In this document: piece by piece, positions 1-7,599 of the stretch
Numbering within the stretch: position 1 is the first letter of the stretch
Layout: every line of letters begins with the position of its first letter
Source: an uncultured Gammaproteobacteria bacterium
GTDB lineage: Bacteria > Patescibacteriota > Patescibacteriia > Magasanikbacterales > UBA922
Direction: 5' to 3'
Length of the DNA: 55,222 nt
Assembly (NCBI GenBank): GCA_964604685.1
Contig: CAZRZS010000001.1
Span: forward strand, 1 to 55,222
Program-made: the position numbers and the translations under genes
Notes under the pieces: generated by a model
What the model was told of the DNA's origin: nothing
The model's input: only the letters and a program-made list of their open reading frames with translations
The model's database searches: none

Positions 1-85
1 ACGGGGACATAAACCCCAACACGACGCTACGTAGATCTCACTTGTAAAAGCATACCATTTTTGGTATGCTTTTATTATACGAACA
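1..85 (+). repeat. Direct repeat copy A. It is the 3' part of a GC-rich candidate RNA plus its terminator, and it is cut by the window edge.
   Basis: Bases 1-85 align with 2464-2547 with only a few substitutions, a 1-nt indel (aaaccccaac vs aaacccaac) and a different terminator loop (tttt vs tagg). Confidence 0.9.
46..73 (+). terminator. Intrinsic terminator hairpin
   Basis: aaaagcatacca / tttt / tggtatgctttt. This is a 12-bp stem that includes an A-tract and a T-tract. Confidence 0.75.
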
Positions 86-93
86 CCGAGTAT

Positions 94-147
94 GCGAAAT
101 CCGCCCCGTCCGCCTACGCTAACGCTTCGGCGGACATCAGATATACG
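94..147 (-). repeat. GC-rich mosaic element, copy E1 (inverted relative to E2)
   Basis: The reverse complement carries the blocks tatat, gcgttagcgtaggcg and gcggatttcgc in the same order as E2. There is also an internal hairpin, gtccgcc(108-114)/ggcggac(129-135), with a cgc-ttcg-gcg tetraloop option. Confidence 0.55.
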
Positions 148-264
148 CGGACGAAATAGCCAAAAATTTCTTTATTAATTTTTAGATTTTTTTGATAATT
201 TATTTCAGGTCAAACATAATTTCTGATATAAGCCAATTATTATTAATTATTTAACCAGAATACT

Positions 265-684
265 ATGGAAGAACTTAAACATACTACTGAGCCACGAAAG
301 GAAATAAAAAAAATAGCTGATGAAAATTTCTCTCGTTGGAATAATGCTTTATTAACCAGAAACCCTGCGGAAATAGTAAAGCTTTATGCGGAAGATGCTA
401 CATTTTTACCAACAGTATCAAGCGAATTTAAAAAAGGGCAATCAGGCGCTGAAACATACTTTAAGCATTTTTTGGGAAAAAATCCCATTGGTAAAATTAT
501 ACAAGATGAGATTCAAGATTTAGGACTAGATTGTTATCTGCATTCTGGGATGTACAATTTTGAAATAGATTCAGATGATAATAAGCAAATAGTTGAAGCA
601 AGATTTTCGTTCGTTTGGAAATGGGATCAACAAGGGGGGTGGAGAATAATTCATCATCACTCATCAATAAAACCAAAAGAATAA
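265..684 (+). CDS. NTF2-like / SnoaL-DUF4440 (SgcJ/EcaC-type) small protein
   Basis: 139 aa. The C-terminal pattern ARFSFVWKW..GGWRIIHHHSS is typical of DUF4440/CaMKII-association-domain-like NTF2 folds. Confidence 0.6.
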   Translation: MEELKHTTEPRKEIKKIADENFSRWNNALLTRNPAEIVKLYAEDATFLPTVSSEFKKGQSGAETYFKHFLGKNPIGKIIQDEIQDLGLDCYLHSGMYNFEIDSDDNKQIVEARFSFVWKWDQQGGWRIIHHHSSIKPKE

Positions 685-688
685 AAAT

Positions 689-1696
689 ATGCCAGAATTA
701 AGTTTTAGTACTAAAATTTATCTAAACGAACAAATAAAAAAAATAAAAAGTATGATTCAAAAAAATCATGCTAAACTTTATATTGAATTCGGAGGAAAAA
801 TTATTCAAGATAAACATTCTGCTCGCGTATTGCCTGGTTATGCGGAGGATACTAAATTGGAGATACTTAAAAAAATATGTCATAAAGGAGAAGTAATCTT
901 TGTGGTTTCCGCACGGGATATTTTACGGAATAGAGTGCGTGGTGATTTTAAGACAACATATTTTAAAGAAACTGTCAGAAGTATCCGTGAGTTCAAAAAA
1001 CGTGGATTGACTATTAAATATGTGGCAATCAGTATGCTCGAACAAAACACACCTATTCCCACCAAAATTAAATTACTTGAAAAAAATTTGAAACGATTTG
1101 GAATAACTACATATCGTTTTTTTTCTATAAGTAACTATCCAAAATCTAATATCAAAATCGATGAATTGGCAATCAATCCATTTATCAAAATAGAAAATAA
1201 AATTATTGCAATTATAAGCCCGGGCGGTGGAAGTGGAAAATTTGGTATCTGTCTTAATCAACTTTATCACGAAATGTCCAACGGAGTTGTTCCTCATTAT
1301 TTAAAATTTGAGACTTTTCCAATCCATAATTTACCGATTGAACACCCGCTCAATCTGGCATATATGGCCGCGTCTGCAGATTTCTGTGACATTGTAATGC
1401 GAGACAAAAGGCACAGAAGGGCTACTTCATATAATCGAGATATAGAAAATTATGAATTGTTAAATCTTCTAGCAAAAAAATTTCCAATTCAAGGGAAAAA
1501 CTTAAAGAGCATATCATCAGCGACAAATATGGGAGCAAATATGATTACTGAAGGAATAATTAATGATGAGATTGTTCAAAAAGAGGCGGCGGCGGAAATA
1601 GCCAGAAGATTAATTCGCTATAAATTTGAGGTAACGGCGGGGAAGGAAGATAAAAAAGTATTAAACAGAGTAAGAACCATACTAAAAATGCTATGA
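689..1696 (+). CDS. UPF0371/DUF1846 family protein, short form (about the N-terminal two thirds of the usual ~490 aa)
   Basis: Family-typical motifs are KLYIEFGGK..D.H..RVLPGY, a P-loop-like SPGGGSGKF, KFETFP..NLP..HP.NLAY and SYNRDIE. It lies 4 nt after the previous ORF. Its stop overlaps the next start (ATGA). Confidence 0.7.
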   Translation: MPELSFSTKIYLNEQIKKIKSMIQKNHAKLYIEFGGKIIQDKHSARVLPGYAEDTKLEILKKICHKGEVIFVVSARDILRNRVRGDFKTTYFKETVRSIREFKKRGLTIKYVAISMLEQNTPIPTKIKLLEKNLKRFGITTYRFFSISNYPKSNIKIDELAINPFIKIENKIIAIISPGGGSGKFGICLNQLYHEMSNGVVPHYLKFETFPIHNLPIEHPLNLAYMAASADFCDIVMRDKRHRRATSYNRDIENYELLNLLAKKFPIQGKNLKSISSATNMGANMITEGIINDEIVQKEAAAEIARRLIRYKFEVTAGKEDKKVLNRVRTILKML

Positions 1697-2277
1697 AAAA
1701 TAAACTAATTATTTTTGAGGGGATTGATGGCGTTGGCAAAACAACACTATCTAAACTTTTGCAGAATAAACTCGTGAAACTAGGATTTAAAACTGTTAGA
1801 TACGAAGATATTGAAGAAAAAAATAGCGGATTCAATCAAATTAAACCATTTATTAAAAAAAATACACCTATTGATTCTAGCTTATTGTTTTATATTGCTT
1901 CTGCGATCTATAAATCACGACAGATAGAGAAATTATTGAAACATAATTGGATTATTTGCGACCGATATATCTATTCCACTTTCGCGTATCATAAAATAAG
2001 AAATGCCAATATGTCCTTAATTCCGGATATAAAAAGAATGCCGATTCGACTACCAGATTTTTTATTTTTAATAAAAGTTAATGATGATATCAGACTAAAA
2101 AGGACCAAAGCTAGATCCGATAATAATGCTTATGATTTTAAAATAAAAACAAATAGAAATCTTATAGGAAAAATGGAAAAAGAACTCGAGAAATTTAAAC
2201 CAATAATAATTAATAATTCCTACTCAACTCCTATAAATGTTGTGGAAAATATTTACCAAATAATAAACAAAGATTAA
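1693..2277 (+). CDS. tmk: Thymidylate kinase family protein (dTMP kinase-like)
   Basis: P-loop IIFEGIDGVGKTT, a CDRY motif and a basic LID-like segment RLKRTKARSD. The length of 194 aa fits the family. Confidence 0.7.
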   Translation: MKNKLIIFEGIDGVGKTTLSKLLQNKLVKLGFKTVRYEDIEEKNSGFNQIKPFIKKNTPIDSSLLFYIASAIYKSRQIEKLLKHNWIICDRYIYSTFAYHKIRNANMSLIPDIKRMPIRLPDFLFLIKVNDDIRLKRTKARSDNNAYDFKIKTNRNLIGKMEKELEKFKPIIINNSYSTPINVVENIYQIINKD

Positions 2278-2299
2278 CAAAGAATAAAAAAGTGTCTAT

Positions 2300-2535
2300 T
2301 CATAGGGGTGCTTGACATGTTTTGGCCTTTGGGCATTCACCCCTCGTATACTGCCGTCAAATAATACCTGTGGAAAAAGCAGGTTCGTTTGTTATGCGGG
2401 GACTGGCGCCCCAACTAATTTATCAGCTTATTTAGCTCCTACAAGAAGGCTACACGTTAGGCGACGGGGACATAAACCCAACACGACGCTACGTAGATTT
2501 CACTTGTAAAAGCATACCATAGGTGGTATGCTTTT
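2300..2535 (+). ncRNA. Candidate structured small RNA of unknown class, ending in an intrinsic terminator
   Basis: It is a GC-rich island in an AT-rich genome. Local stems are ggggtg(2305)/cacccc(2338) and cctg..cagg. A possible -10 tatact sits at 2347-2352. The 3' 72 nt are duplicated at 1-73. The indel between the copies breaks the frame of overlapping ORF 2312-2509. Confidence 0.35.
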
Positions 2536-2547
2536 ATTATATGAACA
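2464..2547 (+). repeat. Direct repeat copy B (partner of 1-85)
   Basis: See copy A. The two copies flank the three-gene module at 265-2277. Confidence 0.9.
2508..2535 (+). terminator. Intrinsic terminator hairpin
   Basis: aaaagcatacca / tagg / tggtatgctttt. Confidence 0.75.
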
Positions 2548-2548
2548 A

Positions 2549-2645
2549 GGGATATACGGTTCGGGGCTCGGCTCGCAACTTCGCATAAGCCCAACGTTAG
2601 GCGCAATTGCGGATTTGCCTTTTAAGGTTGGCGGACAGAAAATTT
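2549..2645 (+). repeat. GC-rich mosaic element, copy E2
   Basis: Ordered blocks: gggatata(2549), a bulged hairpin cggttcggggct..agcccaacg, GTTAGGC(2596-2602), the palindrome cgcaattgcg, gcggatttgcc(2609), ttttaag and ggcggacagaaaattt(2630-2645). Confidence 0.7.
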
Positions 2646-2674
2646 AAAATATTATCCTTAATATCTATTACACA

Positions 2675-3292
2675 ATGAACATAGATAAATCACATTATTA
2701 CGATGGAAAATTTTATGAAATTTTCATTGACCGAGCGTTGAAGGAAGTGAGAGATATTATTGTTGAACAGATAGAAGCCGACAGTACCGTAGTAGATATC
2801 GGTTGCGGCACTGGCTCCTTAGTTTTTGACCTTGCTGAAAAGTGTGAATTAGTCACAGGCATAGAGCTTTCGTCAAAAATGGTTATTCATGCTCAACGTC
2901 GCCAGCAATCAAATGGAAACAGTAATGTTAATTTCATACATGGCGATTCTAAAAGCTTACCTCATTTTCAAGATCAACAATTTGATTATGCAACTATCTC
3001 AATGGCAATTCACGAGATGCCTCCTGATTTACGCATGCAGGTTTTAAATGATGCAAAACGTATCGCCAAAAAAATAATTATTGCCGATTATGTCGTGCCG
3101 CAACCTCTCAACTTTGCAGGAATTATAACTCGCATTGTTGAGTTTCTGGCAGGTATTGAACATTTTAGGGGTTTTAGAGATTTTCAAAGAAACAACGGAA
3201 TATATCAATTACTCCAAAACTGCCAGCTTTCTATTTGCGGTGAATCAACAAACAAAAATGGAACAATAAGGGTTGTGGTTGCTCAACAATAG
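2675..3292 (+). CDS. Class I SAM-dependent methyltransferase
   Basis: Motif I VVDIGCGTGSL and the post-I acidic residue in GIELS. The 205-aa length is typical of Methyltransf_11/25 proteins. Confidence 0.8.
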   Translation: MNIDKSHYYDGKFYEIFIDRALKEVRDIIVEQIEADSTVVDIGCGTGSLVFDLAEKCELVTGIELSSKMVIHAQRRQQSNGNSNVNFIHGDSKSLPHFQDQQFDYATISMAIHEMPPDLRMQVLNDAKRIAKKIIIADYVVPQPLNFAGIITRIVEFLAGIEHFRGFRDFQRNNGIYQLLQNCQLSICGESTNKNGTIRVVVAQQ

Positions 3293-3294
3293 AC

Positions 3295-3405
3295 AAATTT
3301 CTGTCTGCTTAAAAAAGATGAGGCAAATCTGCAACTCTTCGCCAACCCTTCGGGACGTTGCACTCTGGCTCGGTGCTTCGCACGCGCCTAACTAATTATA
3401 TCCCC
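3295..3405 (-). repeat. GC-rich mosaic element, copy E3 (inverted relative to E2)
   Basis: The reverse complement reads ggggatata..GTTAGGCgcg..gcagatttgcc..ttttttaag..cagacagaaattt, with the blocks in the same order as E2. It contains C(UUCG)G-type hairpins at 3341-3361 and gtgcttcgcac at about 3374-3384. Confidence 0.7.
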
Positions 3406-3439
3406 GTCAACACATTTTCTGTGAATAACTGAAGAGGAT

Positions 3440-3781
3440 ATGAGATGGATATTAAGATCCAAAATTCATAAAGCAATTGTAACTAAAGCCGACTTAAATT
3501 ATATAGGCAGTATTACAATTGATGAAGAATTAATTGAAAAAGCTGGTTTTTGGCCTGGCGAAAAAGTTCTAGTAGTTAGCAATACTTCAGGTACGAGATT
3601 AGAAACTTATGTTATTGTCGGTAAAAAAAATTCTGGCATAATTTGTATGAATGGCGCCGCCGCCCACTTGATTAAAGTTGGTGAGGAAATAATTGTAATG
3701 GGCTTTGAATTAACAGATAAGCCAACCAAATCCAAAAATATCCTAGTTGATAAAAATAATAAATTCATGAAATTTCTATAA
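3440..3781 (+). CDS. panD: Aspartate 1-decarboxylase proenzyme
   Basis: LRSKIHKAIVTKADLNYIGSITIDEEL contains the self-cleavage G-S site. ETYVIVGKKNSGIICMNGAAAHL is also present. Confidence 0.9.
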   Translation: MRWILRSKIHKAIVTKADLNYIGSITIDEELIEKAGFWPGEKVLVVSNTSGTRLETYVIVGKKNSGIICMNGAAAHLIKVGEEIIVMGFELTDKPTKSKNILVDKNNKFMKFL

Positions 3782-3815
3782 AATAAAACGCCATTATGAT
3801 ATAATATGCTTACTT

Positions 3816-6056
3816 ATGAATAAATTAGCCAAAAAACTAGCTATAGGTTTGATGTTGGTAAGTTTAGTGTATTATCTGCCCGTTTTTGCGACCGAAGTTA
3901 GTGAAGCAGACTTTGACCGCAATTACCTCATTTCCGATGAAGAAATACAAAACTACACAAGTATGACCCGGGCTGATATACAGGCTTTTCTTGACGACTA
4001 TGGTGGATATATTTCCACCTATCATGCTGATGATATTGATGGTATCCGCCGACTGGCTTCTGACATAATTTACCGCGCAGCTCTAGAATACAAAATCAAT
4101 CCTAAATATCTTCTGGTAAAATTACAAAAAGAAATGAGCTTAATTACTGATAAAAATCCAACATCAAATCAATTAGATTTTGCCACTGGCTATGATTGCC
4201 CCGACTCTGGCGGCTGTGGTGAAAAAAACCGTGGCTTTGGCAAACAGGTTGATGCTGCTGCTGGTATTATCCGTTGGTACTATGATCACTATTCTACCGA
4301 AGATTGGATCAAACAGCCTAACCGCACATATATTATCGACGGCCAAGTGGTAATTCCTAAAAACTATGCCACAGCTTTTTTGTATACTTATACGCCGCAC
4401 CTCCACGGTAATCTAAATTTTTGGAAACTTTGGCATACTTGGTTTGGCCAAGTTTATCCAGATGGTTCCTTGATCAAAGGCTATAACTCCCCCACTGTCT
4501 ATCTAATCCAAGAAGGTAAAAAACGCGCCATAAGTAGTATGAGTGTTTTAATTTCCCGTTATAACCCCAAAATGATCATTTCCATACCAGTAGCAGAATT
4601 AAATAATTATGAAAATGGCAAAGAATTAACTTTTGCCAATTATTCCATTCTAAAACAAAATACCAACTATTATCTAGTTGACTTTGACACTATCCGGCCT
4701 TTTGCTAATTACAATGTGGTTAAAGCTCTAGGATATAACCCAGGTGAATTTATTGAAGTTACCCCGACCGATATTTCCAACTACACTTTAGGTAAAATTA
4801 TTACGGCTGAAGTAAAAAACTTCACAGGCCGTCTGGTTCGCGGCAAAGAAACCAAGGGCTTATATTATCTAAAAGACAATTATTATTATTTCATATCTGA
4901 TGAACAAATGGCGAAAATTAATTTTCCTAATTTAAGTGAAGAAACTGTGTCAATTACTGATTTACAGAATTATACAGATGGCGGTTTGCTAAAATTCAAA
5001 GACGGCACCCTGCTTGGCATCAAAGGTTCAAATAAAATTTATGTAATTGAGAACGACAAAAAACGCCACATTGCTTCTGAAGAAGTTTTTAACGGTTTTG
5101 GTTTTAATTGGGACAATATTATTTGGACTGACCAACTAACCGGCATTTCCCATCTAACTGGACAGGCCCTATATTTACCCACCCGCCTAATTGATAAAGA
5201 AGAAAATAATAATATAGCTTCAACTACTGAAGAAGTAGAAAAAAATAGCAAAATGCAAACAACACCAACTGAAGAAATCGCTTATCTTGGTAAAACCTTT
5301 ACCACTAACTTGGAAACCTATTTAATCGCTGACTACGAAACTGAAGAAATTTTAGCTGGTAAAAATGTGGATGTAATCCGACCTATGGCTAGCTTTGTTA
5401 AAGTCATGACTGGTTATCGTCTTTTAAAAGAAGGTTTGAATCTAAACTACACTTCAACTTATCAATCCAATTTACACAAAGCCGTTTATCACCATTTCCG
5501 AACTGTTGATGGTGAAAAATTCATCAATCGCGACCTCATGTGGTCATTATTAATCTCTTCTTTAAACACTCCTGCTCGTATCTTAGTTAATGAAGTTGAA
5601 ATAGATGAAAGACAATTTATTGCCCGTATGAATAAACAACTAAATGAATGGGGGTTGACAAAAACAAAATTTACTGATACTTATGGTTATGATTTAGGTA
5701 ATGTCACGACCGCGCGTGAATTCATGACGTTGTTTAAACAAACAACGCGGAACATGATGCTGAAAAATATACTGGCGAAAAAATCCTATGAATACGATGA
5801 ACTAAAAGATCTAGACGGCAAACCCCATCATTATGATAATCATAGCAATGCCTTGGTTAATGCTACTGGTTTGAAATTCAATATAATTACCAGCAAAACT
5901 GGCTATTTAAATGAAGCCCGCGCCTGCTTGGTTATGACTATTGAACGCCAGACTGATGGTAAAAAATTCATTGTCATCACCATGGGTAATCCTGATTATG
6001 ATAATCGTTTTCTTGAACCAAAAAAAATAGCCAATTGGGCAATTAATAATTTCTAA
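3816..6056 (+). CDS. Secreted or membrane-anchored protein with a C-terminal D-alanyl-D-alanine carboxypeptidase (peptidase S11, PBP5-like) domain and a large N-terminal domain
   Basis: It has an N-terminal signal/anchor. The three PBP motifs are SxxK (MASFVK), SxN (SSLNT) and KTG (SKTGY). The N-terminal ~470 aa carry repeated Y(L/V)I(Q/E)xxKKRxI motifs. Confidence 0.75.
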   Translation: MNKLAKKLAIGLMLVSLVYYLPVFATEVSEADFDRNYLISDEEIQNYTSMTRADIQAFLDDYGGYISTYHADDIDGIRRLASDIIYRAALEYKINPKYLLVKLQKEMSLITDKNPTSNQLDFATGYDCPDSGGCGEKNRGFGKQVDAAAGIIRWYYDHYSTEDWIKQPNRTYIIDGQVVIPKNYATAFLYTYTPHLHGNLNFWKLWHTWFGQVYPDGSLIKGYNSPTVYLIQEGKKRAISSMSVLISRYNPKMIISIPVAELNNYENGKELTFANYSILKQNTNYYLVDFDTIRPFANYNVVKALGYNPGEFIEVTPTDISNYTLGKIITAEVKNFTGRLVRGKETKGLYYLKDNYYYFISDEQMAKINFPNLSEETVSITDLQNYTDGGLLKFKDGTLLGIKGSNKIYVIENDKKRHIASEEVFNGFGFNWDNIIWTDQLTGISHLTGQALYLPTRLIDKEENNNIASTTEEVEKNSKMQTTPTEEIAYLGKTFTTNLETYLIADYETEEILAGKNVDVIRPMASFVKVMTGYRLLKEGLNLNYTSTYQSNLHKAVYHHFRTVDGEKFINRDLMWSLLISSLNTPARILVNEVEIDERQFIARMNKQLNEWGLTKTKFTDTYGYDLGNVTTAREFMTLFKQTTRNMMLKNILAKKSYEYDELKDLDGKPHHYDNHSNALVNATGLKFNIITSKTGYLNEARACLVMTIERQTDGKKFIVITMGNPDYDNRFLEPKKIANWAINNF

Positions 6057-6066
6057 TTTAAATAAT

Positions 6067-6858
6067 ATGCTGGTCTTCTCAGCCATCACTCCCCATCCGC
6101 CTTTACTCATACCGAATATCGGCAAAGAGGAAATAAACAAAATCAAACAAACTAAAGAAGCCATGAAAAAACTGGAACAGGATTTGTATTTGTCCAAACC
6201 TGATATTATTGTCATCATCTCGCCTCATGGCAGTCTGTTTCCAGACGCCTTCACTATAAACGCCCATGATCAATTTATTTCCAATTTTGCTCAATTTGGT
6301 GATATGCAGACTAAATTAGACTGGCGCGGGGACCCTTCTTTGGCTGCAGAAATTGACCACCAAGCCCATGGCAAGAATTTCCCGATTCAACTTATTAGTG
6401 AAACCACTTTAGACAATGGTTCAACCGTACCTCTGTACTATTTAACTCAGCATTTGCAAAATATAAAAATTCTACCCATTGGCTATAGTGCCTTGGACAA
6501 TAAAACCCACCTAGACTTTGGCTATCTATTAAAAAATGTCATTATGGACACCTCTAAACGCATAGCTGTGATTGCTTCAGGTGATTTATCTCATGGCTTA
6601 ACCAAAGAAGCTCCCGCCGGCTTTAGTGAAGTTGGCCAAGAATTTGATGAAAAACTTATGGAATTATTGGAAAATCATAATACTGCCGGCTATGCTGGCA
6701 TGGATCCTAAGTTTGTAGAAGCCGCGGCTGAATGTGGCTATCGCTCTTTCTTGATCCTCTTGGGTATTTTAAAAAATGTCAATTACAGTTTCAAAAATTA
6801 TTCCTATGAAGGGCCTTTTGGCGTTGGCTATTTAGTTGGTAATTTTATTTTGCAATAA
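6067..6858 (+). CDS. Class III extradiol dioxygenase (LigB/Memo-like) family protein
   Basis: Motifs ISPHG, LDNGSTVPL and SGDLSH in a 263-aa protein. Confidence 0.5.
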   Translation: MLVFSAITPHPPLLIPNIGKEEINKIKQTKEAMKKLEQDLYLSKPDIIVIISPHGSLFPDAFTINAHDQFISNFAQFGDMQTKLDWRGDPSLAAEIDHQAHGKNFPIQLISETTLDNGSTVPLYYLTQHLQNIKILPIGYSALDNKTHLDFGYLLKNVIMDTSKRIAVIASGDLSHGLTKEAPAGFSEVGQEFDEKLMELLENHNTAGYAGMDPKFVEAAAECGYRSFLILLGILKNVNYSFKNYSYEGPFGVGYLVGNFILQ

Positions 6859-6860
6859 TT

Positions 6861-7121
6861 ATGGAAAATATTTCCAAAGTGCTAAAAAAGAAAGTACAAC
6901 CAAAACAAAACAAGAATATATATTCTGATATTCATTATTGGACTGACGTGATTTCCTCGGCTTTTGGTGAAAAAAAGAAATTTGCCATGTATTTGGGCAT
7001 AATCAAACGCATTGGCGTGGAGGAAGCCAAAAGAATTTTTGCCGAAATTCAAGACTCTAAAGCAAAAAGTCCGGGCAAACTCTTTGTCTGGATGGCTAAG
7101 AGGGAGAATATAGAAAAATAA
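6861..7121 (+). CDS. Hypothetical small basic protein
   Basis: An 86-aa ORF packed tightly between neighbours (2-nt and 1-nt gaps, same strand). I recognised no motif. Confidence 0.45.
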   Translation: MENISKVLKKKVQPKQNKNIYSDIHYWTDVISSAFGEKKKFAMYLGIIKRIGVEEAKRIFAEIQDSKAKSPGKLFVWMAKRENIEK

Positions 7122-7122
7122 T

Positions 7123-7599
7123 ATGTTAGAAATAGTTAAACTACCAACTCCATCTTTACGTGAATGTTCTACAAAAATTGAACGGAAAGTTTTACTGTCT
7201 GCTGAAATACAGAAATTAATTAAAGATATAGTGCCAACTATGCATAATGATGACGGCATTGGCCTGGCTGCTCCTCAAGTTGGTAAAAATATTCGTCTTT
7301 GCGTTGTTGGTAAAGAAGCCACACCTGAGAAAAAAGCCGATCTAATTTTAATTAACCCAGAATGGATAAAAACAAATCGAAAAAAAGTAACTAATATTGA
7401 AGGTTGTTTATCTGTACCCAAAACTTATGGCAAAGTTAAACGTTATCGTGATATTGAAGTAAAAAGCTGGAATGAAAAAGGTGAAATCATGGAATTTGAC
7501 GCTCATGATTTTTTTGCCAGGGTCATCCAGCACGAGGTTGATCACTTAGATGGCATTTTGTTTATTGACAAGGCTAAAGATGTCTACACCGTCGAATAA
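7123..7599 (+). CDS. def: Peptide deformylase
   Basis: Motifs GIGLAAPQVG, EGCLS and HEVDHLDG. Confidence 0.95.
   Translation: MLEIVKLPTPSLRECSTKIERKVLLSAEIQKLIKDIVPTMHNDDGIGLAAPQVGKNIRLCVVGKEATPEKKADLILINPEWIKTNRKKVTNIEGCLSVPKTYGKVKRYRDIEVKSWNEKGEIMEFDAHDFFARVIQHEVDHLDGILFIDKAKDVYTVE

Noticed and set aside
689-1696. Short DUF1846 as a pseudogene or truncated fragment
   Set aside because: The ORF is intact and the conserved motifs are preserved. Its stop is translationally coupled (ATGA) to the next gene, and there is no frameshifted remnant of the C-terminal third downstream. I treat it as a genuine short form, though this is unverified.
2312-2509. A 65-aa ORF (TTG start) overlapping the GC-rich segment after tmk
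   Set aside because: The duplicated copy at 1-85 has a 1-nt indel that shifts this frame and introduces a stop. The region is better explained as structured RNA or repeat DNA. The predicted peptide is low-complexity and basic.
1-2547. tmRNA, or a tRNA-type attL/attR pair from an integrated island
   Set aside because: There is no T-arm (GGTTCGAnTCC), acceptor/CCA end or tag ORF ending in a stop. The gacggggacataaaccc resemblance to the tmRNA 5' region is short. No integrase lies between the repeats.
2456-3392. Integron attC interpretation of the GTTAGGC (2456, 2596) and GCCTAAC (3386) cores
   Set aside because: The 7-mers match the GTTRRRY/RYYYAAC core consensus. However, none has a properly spaced, base-pairing inverse core partner forming a 60-140-nt attC hairpin. 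No intI or attI is in the window. I keep this only as something to test with the attC covariance model.
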